From contig CAYFJU010000005.1 of NCBI GenBank assembly GCA_964343505.1, positions 1,669-65,668 of the forward strand: a stretch of 64,000 nt of DNA, read 5' to 3'. The notes below the pieces were generated by a model, which did not search any database, had not been told where the DNA came from, and saw nothing but the letters and a program-made list of their open reading frames with translations. The stretch is from an uncultured bacterium (GTDB taxonomy: Bacteria > Fidelibacterota > Marinisomatia > Marinisomatales > TCS55). Below, in pieces: positions 26,343 through 36,091 of this stretch. The first letter of the stretch is position 1. Each line of letters begins with the position of its first letter. The translations under genes were made by a program, and so were the position numbers.

Positions 26343-27923
26343 ATGAATTTTTATAAGTCGTTGTGGCTCAAGACCAATCTCGTCTGTTTATTTGTAATGG
26401 CGATTGTCTATTCTGAAAGCTTAAACGCCCAATCCCAAAGTTCGTCCCGGCCCAATATCCTTTTTATCATGTCCGATGATCACACCTCCCAGGCATGGGG
26501 TATCTTTGGTGGTATTTTAAAAGATCATGTAAAAGTGGATAATATCAAGCGTCTGGCCAATGAAGGGGCAGTTCTGGAAAATGCATTTTGCACCAATTCG
26601 ATCTGTTCCCCTAGTCGAGCAGCTATTCTTACCGGACAGTACAGCCATAAAAACCAAGTATATACCCTAAGAGAACCTCTTGAGGACGGAAAGCAGCACA
26701 TTGCCAGCCTCCTTGGAAAAAATGGATATGAAACAGCAATCATCGGTAAGTGGCATTTGGTGAAAGCACCGGAAGGGTTCGACCATTTTAATGTATTGCC
26801 GGGGCAAGGGGTCTACCACGACCCTGTTTTGAAATCCAAAGAAAATTGGCAGGAAGGATACAAAGGGGGAAAACAATACCAGGGCTTTTCTGCTGACGTG
26901 ATCACAGACCTCACCATTGATTGGCTGAAAAAGCGGAATGCAAAGAAGCCTTTCCTCATGATGACCCATTTCAAGGCTACCCACGAACCATTTGATTTTC
27001 CGGAACGGCATAAGGATCTGTACCGCGATGTAGAAATTCCAGAGCCGGCTTCATTGTATGATTTCTCTAAGGAAACAACTGGACGCACATTTGAGGGTCA
27101 AAAGCTGGAAATTCTTGGGGGCCGCATGGTGCAGGCAACGGTAGACCCTGAAAACTTCTGGACTTCTTACCCCGATTTACCTTTCTCCATGGAAGGGTTG
27201 GATTCTCTCCAGTCGCGGAAAAAGATCTATCAAAAATATGTGAAAGATTTTATGCGTTGCGGTGCCGCTATTGATGACAATATTGGCCGCCTTTTGGATT
27301 ATCTGGAAGATTCAGGGTTAGCGGAAAATACGATCGTCATTTATACAGCTGATCAGGGCTACTTCCTTGGAGAGCATGGTTTTTTTGACAAACGACTCAT
27401 TTATGAAGAATCATTGCGCATGCCATTTGTCATTCGATATCCTAATGAGATCAAAGGTGGTACTCGAATTGATGACATTATTTTGAATATTGATTTTCCG
27501 GCACTTTTGGCGGACTATGCGGGAGTAAAGAAACCATCCGATTGGCAGGGGAGTAGTTTTCGAAATAATTTGATTGGACAAACACCGGATAATTGGCGCA
27601 ATAAAATGTATTACCGCTATTGGCTCCACCGCACGGAACGGCCGGGCCATTTTGGCATTCGGAATGAACGCTATAAACTGGCCTTTTTTTATGGTCAACC
27701 CTTAGGCATGAAAGGGGCCATGAAAGAAAGCACTAAACCGGCTTGGGAATTTTACGATCTTCATACAGACCCCAAAGAAGTCCGTAATGCGTATGGCGAT
27801 CCCCAATATTCAGATATTATAAAAACCATGAAAAATGAATTGATTGCCCTCCGGAAGAAATTGGGAGATACGGATGAACAATATCCCATAATGGAAGATA
27901 TATTTAGAAAATATTGGAATTAA
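26343..27923 (+). CDS. secreted Cys-type sulfatase (S1 family)
   Basis: Start chosen at ATG 26343 (signal MNFYKSLWLKTNLVCLFVMAIVYSESLNAQ). NILFIMSDDH, FGly motif CSPSRAAILTG, GKWH, YTADQGYFLGEHG. Confidence 0.9.
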   Translation: MNFYKSLWLKTNLVCLFVMAIVYSESLNAQSQSSSRPNILFIMSDDHTSQAWGIFGGILKDHVKVDNIKRLANEGAVLENAFCTNSICSPSRAAILTGQYSHKNQVYTLREPLEDGKQHIASLLGKNGYETAIIGKWHLVKAPEGFDHFNVLPGQGVYHDPVLKSKENWQEGYKGGKQYQGFSADVITDLTIDWLKKRNAKKPFLMMTHFKATHEPFDFPERHKDLYRDVEIPEPASLYDFSKETTGRTFEGQKLEILGGRMVQATVDPENFWTSYPDLPFSMEGLDSLQSRKKIYQKYVKDFMRCGAAIDDNIGRLLDYLEDSGLAENTIVIYTADQGYFLGEHGFFDKRLIYEESLRMPFVIRYPNEIKGGTRIDDIILNIDFPALLADYAGVKKPSDWQGSSFRNNLIGQTPDNWRNKMYYRYWLHRTERPGHFGIRNERYKLAFFYGQPLGMKGAMKESTKPAWEFYDLHTDPKEVRNAYGDPQYSDIIKTMKNELIALRKKLGDTDEQYPIMEDIFRKYWN

Positions 27924-27924
27924 A

Positions 27925-29331
27925 TTGAACGCAATACCATCAAAAAATCATGTTCCTATCAAGGAAAAGATTGGCTACAGCTTAGGCGACGTAGCCTCCG
28001 TTCTATACTGGCAAACTATATCATTGTATCTTCTATATTTTTATACCGATGTTTTTGGCATTACCGCCGCCGCCGCCGGGACGATGATCCTTGTGGCGCG
28101 TATCTGGGACGGTGTTAACGATCCTCTCATGGGCATGCTGGCGGACCGGACTAAAACCAAATGGGGACGCTTTCGGCCGTACTTGGTTTGGATGTCCATC
28201 CCTATGGCATTTATAGGTGTGCTTACCTTTTCCGTTCCGGATTTTGATTATGGCGGAAAATTGATTTACGCCTATATCACCTATATTCTTCTCATGACCC
28301 TGTACACAGCCATCAATATTCCTTATTCATCCCTTCTGGGCGTAATATCCCCGAACAGGTTTGAGCGTACGAGTGTTTCCCAATTCAAGTATATCGGCGC
28401 TTATGTGGGGGGCCTCATTATTTCCGCCTTACTCCTGCCGATGACGGTTTATTTAGGTTCCGGCGATGAGACTCAGGGATGGCAAACCAGCATGATCATT
28501 GTGGGGATTCTGGCCGTGGGATTGTTTTTTCTCACTTTTGCTTCAACCAACGAACGGGTTCAACCAATTAAAAAAGAGTCCGTTTCCATTAAAAGAGATT
28601 TAAGGGATTTACTTCAAAACAGGGAATGGTTCATTCTCTTACTGGCGACTCTTTTTCTTTATTTGGTTACTTCTACCAGCATGGTGATTTCAACCTACTA
28701 CTTTAAATATTATGTGGGCGAACATCAGATCAATTTTCCGGGGATTGAGGGCGCCTACGGGTATGCGGAACTCACATCCCTGTTTAATTCCCTGGCCATG
28801 ATCTTCAGCATCCTTGGGGTAGTTTGTGTGAAATGGGTTGTGAACCGATTGGGTAAGAAAAAAACTTTCATCCTTTCCTTATGCTTCGGGGCCGGGACCA
28901 TGTTGCCCTATTATTTTTTAACGCCGGAAAGTTTATGGCTTATTATGGTGATGAAGATTGTGAGTTCATTTTCATTGGGACCCATCTCCGTTATCCTTTG
29001 GGCCATGTATGCGGATACAGCTGATTACAGTGAATGGCGTACAGAAAGGCGTGCCACCGGATTGGTATTCTCCGCGTCAACCATGTCCCAAAAGATTGCC
29101 TGGGCACTGGGTACAGCCATCTCTGGCTGGCTACTCACAGCCATAGGGTTTGAGCCAAACGTTGAGCAAACTGATAAAGTGATTACAGGGATTCGTGCCT
29201 TGATGAGTACCATTCCAGCCGGGGCCGGGGTCTTATCAATCGTCATGATTCTGTTTTACAAATTGGATCGCAATAAAATGAATAAAATTGAACAAGAATT
29301 ACAATTAAGAAGAGGAAAAATCGATGATTAA
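27925..29331 (+). CDS. glycoside-pentoside-hexuronide (GPH):cation symporter (MelB/XylP-like MFS)
   Basis: 468-aa, roughly 12-TM ORF with a TTG start. GYSLGD...YFYTDVFGI and [24 protein letters not shown] signature. Confidence 0.85.
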   Translation: MNAIPSKNHVPIKEKIGYSLGDVASVLYWQTISLYLLYFYTDVFGITAAAAGTMILVARIWDGVNDPLMGMLADRTKTKWGRFRPYLVWMSIPMAFIGVLTFSVPDFDYGGKLIYAYITYILLMTLYTAINIPYSSLLGVISPNRFERTSVSQFKYIGAYVGGLIISALLLPMTVYLGSGDETQGWQTSMIIVGILAVGLFFLTFASTNERVQPIKKESVSIKRDLRDLLQNREWFILLLATLFLYLVTSTSMVISTYYFKYYVGEHQINFPGIEGAYGYAELTSLFNSLAMIFSILGVVCVKWVVNRLGKKKTFILSLCFGAGTMLPYYFLTPESLWLIMVMKIVSSFSLGPISVILWAMYADTADYSEWRTERRATGLVFSASTMSQKIAWALGTAISGWLLTAIGFEPNVEQTDKVITGIRALMSTIPAGAGVLSIVMILFYKLDRNKMNKIEQELQLRRGKIDD

Positions 29332-30292
29332 AGCAAGAATTCCATGGGAAGATCGTCCTGATGGGAATCAAGATATTGTATGGCGGTATACACAAAATCC
29401 TATTATCGGGCGCTATCATATTCCCAGCTCAAACAGCATTTTTAACAGTGCAGTCGTACCTTTTGAAAATGGATTTGCCGGGGTATTTCGCTGCGACAAT
29501 AAATCTGTTCAGATGAATATTCATGCAGGATTTAGCAAGGATGGGATTGATTGGGAAATCAATCATGACCCCATTGAAATGGTCACCGGCAATACGGAAA
29601 TGATCCATTCCGAATATAAGTATGATCCCCGTGTTGTATTCATCGAAGATCGCTATTGGGTTACTTGGTGTAACGGCTACCATGGTCCCACCATCGGGAT
29701 TGCGTATACATTTGATTTTAAAACGTTTCACCAATGTGAAAATGCTTTTCTGCCCTTCAACCGGAACGGTGTTTTGTTTCCGGAAAAAATAGACGGGAAA
29801 TTTGTAATGCTCAGCCGTCCCAGCGGTCCGGGGCACAATAATTATGGGGATATTTTTCTCAGCGCCAGTCCCGATATGAAATACTGGGGTGAGCATCGGC
29901 TGGTGATGAAAGTTGCGCCTTGGAACGATTCCGGGTGGCAAACAGCCAAGATTGGCGCCGGCACAGTACCCATCAAAACGGATGAAGGCTGGCTCATGTT
30001 CTACCATGGTGTTTTGGAATCCTGCAATGGGTTTCGCTATGCCATGGGTGCAGCATTACTTGATCTCGAAGGTCCTGATAAGGTGTTATATCGGTCTAAA
30101 CCATATTTATTAGGCCCGGCGGTGGACTATGAATTAATGGGGGATGTGCCTAATGTTGTATTTCCGGTAGCCTCATTGCATGATGAAGACGGAAAAGTGG
30201 CCATTTATTACGGTGCGGCCGATACCGTCACCGCTTTGGCTTTCTGTCAGATTGATGAAGTAATTGCATTCTTAAAAGCAAATTCACTTTAG
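29324..30292 (+). CDS. GH130 glycoside phosphorylase, beta-1,4-mannosyl-GlcNAc phosphorylase-like
   Basis: 322-aa ORF. The N-terminus [31 protein letters not shown] and FRCDN match the BT1033-type GH130 as I recall it. The adjacent GPH transporter mirrors that Bacteroides locus. Confidence 0.75.
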   Translation: MIKARIPWEDRPDGNQDIVWRYTQNPIIGRYHIPSSNSIFNSAVVPFENGFAGVFRCDNKSVQMNIHAGFSKDGIDWEINHDPIEMVTGNTEMIHSEYKYDPRVVFIEDRYWVTWCNGYHGPTIGIAYTFDFKTFHQCENAFLPFNRNGVLFPEKIDGKFVMLSRPSGPGHNNYGDIFLSASPDMKYWGEHRLVMKVAPWNDSGWQTAKIGAGTVPIKTDEGWLMFYHGVLESCNGFRYAMGAALLDLEGPDKVLYRSKPYLLGPAVDYELMGDVPNVVFPVASLHDEDGKVAIYYGAADTVTALAFCQIDEVIAFLKANSL

Positions 30293-30307
30293 ACCATTAT
30301 TCGAAAT

Positions 30308-32587
30308 ATGAGAAAAATACGCTTTTTCGTTCCGACGCTTTTCATTTTTATTGGATGTTCAAATTCGAATTTATCCAATAATGAATTTGTAGATCCTTTC
30401 ATCGGAACCGGCGGGCATGGCCACACCTACCCCGGTGCCACCGTACCCTTCGGAATGGTCCAACTCAGTCCCGATAACGGCACCCAGGGGTGGGACTGGT
30501 GCTCCGGCTACCATACATCGGACAGTGTAATTGTCAGTTTTAGCCACACCCACCTCAGCGGTACCGGGATCGGCGATCTTTATGATATTTCCATGATGCC
30601 CCATGTAGGCGATGCGAACCTCAATCAAATCGTTGGTGATTATAAGGAATTGAATTACAGTTCAACCTTTTCTCACGATAACGAATCGGCCGAACCGGGG
30701 TATTATTCCGTACTCCTCGATAGTGGTGAAATTCAGGTGGAACTGACCACTACCGAAAGAACAGGGTTTCACCGCTATACTTATGGTGAGAATGGAAATG
30801 CCCAAGTTATCTTGGATTTGGGCTATGCCCAAAATTGGGACCATACCATGGATACCCAACTCAATATCGAGAATAATACTCTCCTCACAGGATACCGTTT
30901 TTCCAAGGGGTGGGCCAATGATCAGCGGGTCTATTTTGCAATTCGTTTCTCTCAACCTTTTGAGAATGAATCCATCCTGAAAGATGAAATTGAAATTGCT
31001 GATGGAAAGGGTAATCCTAAGCCGCTTAAACGGTCAAAGGCCAAGTTCAATTTCATTCTGCCCAGTGATAACAAATTGATGGTAAAAGTTGGGATATCAT
31101 CGGCCAGTATTGAAGGGGCCCTGAAAAGTATTAAAATTGAAAATCCCGGTTGGGATTTTGAAAAAGTAAGAACCAAAGCTTCTGAAAAATGGCAGAAGCA
31201 ATTGAATAAAGTTGAAGTGGTTTCAAATAATGAAACATTGAAGAATATTTTTTATACCGCTTTCTATCATGTGAATCTGGCCCCAACCATTTTCTCTGAC
31301 CTCAATGGGCAGTATAAAGGGCCCGACGGTAACATTCATACTGTAAGCGACCGAACCCAGTATACGATATTTTCTTTGTGGGATACATTCCGGGCCTACC
31401 ATCCATTGGTGACCATCACCCATGAGGATATGATCCCCGATTTTATCAACTCCATGCTGGCCCATTATGATAAATACGGCCTCCTTCCTGTCTGGGAATT
31501 AGCAGGGAATGAGACCAACACCATGACGGGCTATCATGCCATCCCTGTCATTGCCGATGCAATTGCCAAAGGGATTTCCGGATTTGATTATGAACAGGCC
31601 TTTGAAGCGATGAAGGCCAGCGGCATGCAAGATATCCGTGATGTGGATGCTTATAAACAACATGGCTTTATTCCTACCAACCTCGGCCGCAAGAATGGAA
31701 ATCAATCTGTGACGAACACCTTGGAATACGCTTACGATGATTGGTGTATCGCCCAAGTGGCCCTAAAGCTGGGCAAACAAAAGGAATACGAATATTTCTC
31801 AAAACGGGCACAATCATTTACCCATTTATTTGATGCTAATTCGGGATTCATGCGTGGGAAAAACAAGGATGGTTCCTGGCGTTTCCCCTTTGACCCCTTC
31901 CACGTAGACCATTTTGATTCTGATTATACTGAGGGAAACGCCTGGCAGTATATCTGGTTTGCCCCTCATGATCCCCAGGGTTTGATAAATCTGTTCGGTT
32001 CAAAAGATGCATTCGTCGCCAAGTTGGATACACTTTTTACGGTGGATTCTGAACTGCGTGGTGAAAATGTGTCCCCCGATGTTTCGGGCCTCATCGGGCA
32101 ATATGCCCATGGGAATGAGCCCAGTCATCATATAACCTACTTATACAATTATGCCGGCGAACCTTGGAAAACACAACGGATGGTCCGAAAGATTTTGGCC
32201 GAACAATACCGGGCCGAACCGGATGGCCTTAGCGGTAACGAGGACTGCGGTCAAATGTCCGCCTGGTATGTAATGAGCACCATGGGCTTTTATCCGGTAA
32301 ATCCTGCCAACGGTATCTACGTGATCGGCAGCCCTCTATTTAAAGATTTAACTGTGAATGTTGGGGAAGGGAAGCAATTCCGAATTGTTGCTGAAAACAA
32401 TAATGATACCAACATTTATATTCAATCCGCCACCTTAAACGGAAAGGCGCTCAAATATTCTTTTATCCGCCATGAAGATATTAAAGCAGGCGGTGAATTA
32501 AGATTTGTCATGGGACCTGAACCCAACTTCAAATTATGGAATACTTTTGAAAGTGTCCCCCCATCCATGTCTGATCCTGCTGAATAA
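30308..32587 (+). CDS. GH92 alpha-mannosidase, lipoprotein
   Basis: 759-aa ORF with lipobox FIFIGCS. GH92 signature FVDPFIGTGGHGHTYPGATVPFGMVQLSPDN, plus GNEPSHH and GNEDCGQMSAWY. Confidence 0.9.
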   Translation: MRKIRFFVPTLFIFIGCSNSNLSNNEFVDPFIGTGGHGHTYPGATVPFGMVQLSPDNGTQGWDWCSGYHTSDSVIVSFSHTHLSGTGIGDLYDISMMPHVGDANLNQIVGDYKELNYSSTFSHDNESAEPGYYSVLLDSGEIQVELTTTERTGFHRYTYGENGNAQVILDLGYAQNWDHTMDTQLNIENNTLLTGYRFSKGWANDQRVYFAIRFSQPFENESILKDEIEIADGKGNPKPLKRSKAKFNFILPSDNKLMVKVGISSASIEGALKSIKIENPGWDFEKVRTKASEKWQKQLNKVEVVSNNETLKNIFYTAFYHVNLAPTIFSDLNGQYKGPDGNIHTVSDRTQYTIFSLWDTFRAYHPLVTITHEDMIPDFINSMLAHYDKYGLLPVWELAGNETNTMTGYHAIPVIADAIAKGISGFDYEQAFEAMKASGMQDIRDVDAYKQHGFIPTNLGRKNGNQSVTNTLEYAYDDWCIAQVALKLGKQKEYEYFSKRAQSFTHLFDANSGFMRGKNKDGSWRFPFDPFHVDHFDSDYTEGNAWQYIWFAPHDPQGLINLFGSKDAFVAKLDTLFTVDSELRGENVSPDVSGLIGQYAHGNEPSHHITYLYNYAGEPWKTQRMVRKILAEQYRAEPDGLSGNEDCGQMSAWYVMSTMGFYPVNPANGIYVIGSPLFKDLTVNVGEGKQFRIVAENNNDTNIYIQSATLNGKALKYSFIRHEDIKAGGELRFVMGPEPNFKLWNTFESVPPSMSDPAE

Positions 32588-32592
32588 TTAAT

Positions 32593-34140
32593 TTGGATAG
32601 ACCATTGCAAAATAAAATTATCCACCTTTCATTTACTCTACTGTCTGGGATTATTTTATCATGTAGTGGTTCAGGAAATGAATTGCCCAATATCATTTTC
32701 ATTTTGGCTGATGATATGGGGTATGGAGATGTGAGTGCGCTTAACGCCTCGTCGAAAATTCGTACGAAATATATTGATCACCTGGCTTCAGAAGGAATTT
32801 CCTTTACCGATGCCCACAGTGGTTCCTCTGTCTGTACCCCAACGCGCTACGGCATTTTAACTGGTCGTTACTCCTGGAGATCGCAACTCAAAAAGGGGGT
32901 CACCTGGAGTTATGATACACCTGTGATTGATCGGGATAGAATGACAGTGGCTGATTTGTTAAAAGATAATGGCTATCATACAGCCGCCATTGGGAAATGG
33001 CATTTAGGGTTGGATTGGTCAAAGAATGGTGATGTAGTGAATTTATTGGAGCCCATTCAAAATGGACCAAATGAATTGGGCTTTGACTATTTTTATGGTA
33101 TCGCCGCATCCCTAGATATTCCCCCTTATATTTATATTAAAAACGATCAAACAACGGCCACTGAGATTGACACGATAGAAAAAAATGGCGGTATGGGTTT
33201 TTGGCGCCGCGGCCCCATTGGAAATGATTTTGCTTTTGAAGATGTACTGCCTCATTTCACACAAAAAGCTGTGTCTTATATCCATGAACAAGCTGAAAGT
33301 AACAATCCTTTTTTCCTTTATTTTCCCTTGCCGGCTCCCCATACACCGATCTTACCTGCGGCGAAGTTTCAGGGGAAAAGCGGTACGAATGCTTACGGTG
33401 ATTTTGTCCTCATGGTGGATGATGTAGTAGGACAGATCGTGACGGCTCTCGAGGAGAATGGCATTACGGATAATACGCTGATCATTTTTACCAGCGATAA
33501 TGGCTGTTCACCCATGGCCAATTTTGATCAACTGGCAGGATTCGGCCATAAACCTAGTTATATCTTCCGCGGCCACAAGGCCGATATTTATGAGGGTGGA
33601 CATCGGATTCCCTTTATCGCCCGTTGGCCCAATAAAATTGATGGCTCGGTAAAATCAGGTAAAACAATTTGTCTCACGGATTTTATGGCCACCTGTGCGG
33701 CAATCATAGATTATGATCTCCCCGACAATGCAGGGGAAGACAGTTACAACCTATTGCCCGACCTTTTGAGTGAAAAATTGACAAAACCCGTTCGTAAGGC
33801 CACTGTACACCACTCTGAGCATGGAAATTTTTCCATTAGACAAGGGAAATGGAAAATGAACTTTTGTCCTGGTTCCGGCGGATGGAGTTTTCCCACACCT
33901 AAAGTGGCAAAAACGCTGGATATTCCGCCGATCCAACTTTATGACTTAGAGAAGGATCCGGGCGAATCGAAAAATTTAGCGAGCAAATATCCGGAGAAAG
34001 TTGTGCAACTTACCGCATTGATGACAGATTATATTGAGAAGGGCAGAAGTACGCCGGGTGCTCCCCAAAAGAATGAAGGTGAAACACCTTTCCTCCCGGA
34101 GGGATACCATACCTTCATAAGTAAAATAAGGGATAATTAA
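32593..34140 (+). CDS. Cys-type sulfatase (arylsulfatase-like), lipoprotein
   Basis: 515-aa ORF with a TTG start and lipobox IILSCS. NIIFILADDMGYGD, CTPTRYGILTG, GKWHLG, FTSDNG. Confidence 0.9.
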   Translation: MDRPLQNKIIHLSFTLLSGIILSCSGSGNELPNIIFILADDMGYGDVSALNASSKIRTKYIDHLASEGISFTDAHSGSSVCTPTRYGILTGRYSWRSQLKKGVTWSYDTPVIDRDRMTVADLLKDNGYHTAAIGKWHLGLDWSKNGDVVNLLEPIQNGPNELGFDYFYGIAASLDIPPYIYIKNDQTTATEIDTIEKNGGMGFWRRGPIGNDFAFEDVLPHFTQKAVSYIHEQAESNNPFFLYFPLPAPHTPILPAAKFQGKSGTNAYGDFVLMVDDVVGQIVTALEENGITDNTLIIFTSDNGCSPMANFDQLAGFGHKPSYIFRGHKADIYEGGHRIPFIARWPNKIDGSVKSGKTICLTDFMATCAAIIDYDLPDNAGEDSYNLLPDLLSEKLTKPVRKATVHHSEHGNFSIRQGKWKMNFCPGSGGWSFPTPKVAKTLDIPPIQLYDLEKDPGESKNLASKYPEKVVQLTALMTDYIEKGRSTPGAPQKNEGETPFLPEGYHTFISKIRDN

Positions 34141-36081
34141 ATGAACAGAAAACCCATTCTTCTTTTATTGACAATTGGTCTACTCATCCTCTCGTCCTGT
34201 ACAAAGGAGACGCCGCCAAATATTGTACTCATTTTTACCGACGATCAAGGATATGCGGATGTGGGCGTCTATGGGGCGAAAGGATACGAAACGCCCAATT
34301 TGGATCGGATGGCCGCTGAGGGTATGCGATTCACCGATTTTCATGTATCCCAAGCGGTGTGCAGCGCTTCCCGGGCTGCTTTACTCACCGGCTGTTACTC
34401 AGAGCGTGTTTCTGTCCAGGGGGCTTACAACCATACGGCCCGTATGGGCCTCAATCCTGATGAAGAAACCATCGCTGATATCCTGAAAAAAGAAGGCTAT
34501 GCCACGGGAATCTTTGGGAAATGGCACTTAGGACACCATGAACCCTTTTTACCGCTTAATCAGGGATTTGATGAATTTTTGGGGTTGCCCTATTCCAACG
34601 ATATGTGGCCGGTTCATTATGATGGGACTTCCCTGATCAATGAAAAACATACCAAAAGCTTTTACCCGATATTGCCTCTCATCGAAGATAATAAAAAAGT
34701 GGATGAGATCCGCACCCTAGACGATCAGGGGACCCTCACAACACGCTACACCGAAAGGGCGGTTGCGTTCATTGAAAAGAATAGGGATAATCCATTTTTT
34801 CTCTATGTGCCCCATTCCATGCCCCACGTCCCATTGGGCGTTTCGGAAAAATTTAAAGGCAAAAGCGAACAGGGCATGTACGGCGATGTGATGATGGAAA
34901 TTGACTGGTCCGTGGGCGAGATTTTAAAGACACTCAAGGCCAATGGACTTGATGAAACTACCTTGGTCATTTTCACCAGTGATAACGGACCATGGATGAA
35001 TTATGGCAACCACGCCGGATCGGCTCTGCCCTTAAGAGAAGGTAAAGGTGCTATGTGGGAGGGAGGCGCTCGTGTACCCGCCATCATGAGATGGCCCGGT
35101 AAAATACCGGAAGGCGCTGTATCCAATCAGTTGGCGGCGACCATAGATATCCTGCCCACAATTGCAGATATAACCGGGGGCGACCTTCCGGAGAAAATAA
35201 TTGATGGAATAAGTTTTAAATCTCACTTGTTCGGAGAATCAGATCAAACACCCAGAAATGAGTACAATTATTATTATGCCGGTGAACTGGTGGCCGTGCG
35301 CCAGGGAAATTGGAAATTGACCTTTCCCCATGAATATCGCTCCTACCTTGGGGTTGAACCCGGGAATGACGGATTTCCGGGGCCCTATGCTCGTGGTAAG
35401 GCAGGCACTGAATTGTATGACCTTGAAAATGATATCGGTGAATCCAACGATGTGGCTTACAAACATCCAGAAATTGTGGAACGATTAAAATCGCTCGGCC
35501 AAAAAACACGGGAAGAATTAGGGGACAGGTTGACTCAAACCAAAGGGAATGGCGTTCGACCTCCGGGGCGGTTGGATCCTGAAAGGCCCAAAAAAGAAAG
35601 AAATGTAAATCATAAGGGGATGGGTAAAAAGGTTACCATCAAAAATGCATACAGTTCCCGGTACAGGGCTGGTGGGGATGGCGCTTTGGTTGATGGTCAA
35701 CGGGGTTCAATCAACTTTCGGGATGAACTCTGGCAAGGGTATCAGTCCGTAGATTTTGAAGCGGTAGTGGATCTTGGCGAACTTACTTCAATTAATGAAA
35801 TTGGTGTCAGTTTCATCCAGAACCAAAGTTCATGGATTTTTTTCCCGAAAGAAGTGGAAATAGCTTTTTCAACAGATGGCCAATCCTACGAAGTGATCAA
35901 AACTGTCACCATTGATACTGAAATCTCTCTGGCCCACGAGATAAAAGAAATTTCGGCTCATGAATCCAGGTCAGGGCGGTTTGTAAAAGTGACTGCCCAA
36001 AATGTGTCCATCTGCCCGGAATGGCACCCCAGCGCCGGAGGTAAGGCATGGCTATTTGTAGATGAAATTGTAATCAAATAA
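34141..36081 (+). CDS. Cys-type sulfatase with C-terminal ~150-aa beta-sandwich (discoidin-like) module
   Basis: 646-aa ORF with lipobox ILSSC. NIVLIFTDDQGYAD, variant FGly motif CSASRAALLTG, GKWHLG. C-terminus ...YRAGGDGALVDGQRGS...CPEWHPSAGGKAWLFVDEIVIK. Confidence 0.85.
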   Translation: MNRKPILLLLTIGLLILSSCTKETPPNIVLIFTDDQGYADVGVYGAKGYETPNLDRMAAEGMRFTDFHVSQAVCSASRAALLTGCYSERVSVQGAYNHTARMGLNPDEETIADILKKEGYATGIFGKWHLGHHEPFLPLNQGFDEFLGLPYSNDMWPVHYDGTSLINEKHTKSFYPILPLIEDNKKVDEIRTLDDQGTLTTRYTERAVAFIEKNRDNPFFLYVPHSMPHVPLGVSEKFKGKSEQGMYGDVMMEIDWSVGEILKTLKANGLDETTLVIFTSDNGPWMNYGNHAGSALPLREGKGAMWEGGARVPAIMRWPGKIPEGAVSNQLAATIDILPTIADITGGDLPEKIIDGISFKSHLFGESDQTPRNEYNYYYAGELVAVRQGNWKLTFPHEYRSYLGVEPGNDGFPGPYARGKAGTELYDLENDIGESNDVAYKHPEIVERLKSLGQKTREELGDRLTQTKGNGVRPPGRLDPERPKKERNVNHKGMGKKVTIKNAYSSRYRAGGDGALVDGQRGSINFRDELWQGYQSVDFEAVVDLGELTSINEIGVSFIQNQSSWIFFPKEVEIAFSTDGQSYEVIKTVTIDTEISLAHEIKEISAHESRSGRFVKVTAQNVSICPEWHPSAGGKAWLFVDEIVIK

Positions 36082-36091
36082 TAGAAAGAAA

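Noticed and set aside
28064-28078. (CCG)5 microsatellite inside the GPH transporter gene
   Set aside because: It encodes an in-frame Ala run within a TM segment. It is too short to suggest phase variation.
29429-30007. 192-aa minus-strand ORF antisense to the GH130 gene
   Set aside because: The plus-strand frame has clear GH130 similarity. The antisense translation is low-complexity, without motifs or a ribosome-binding site.
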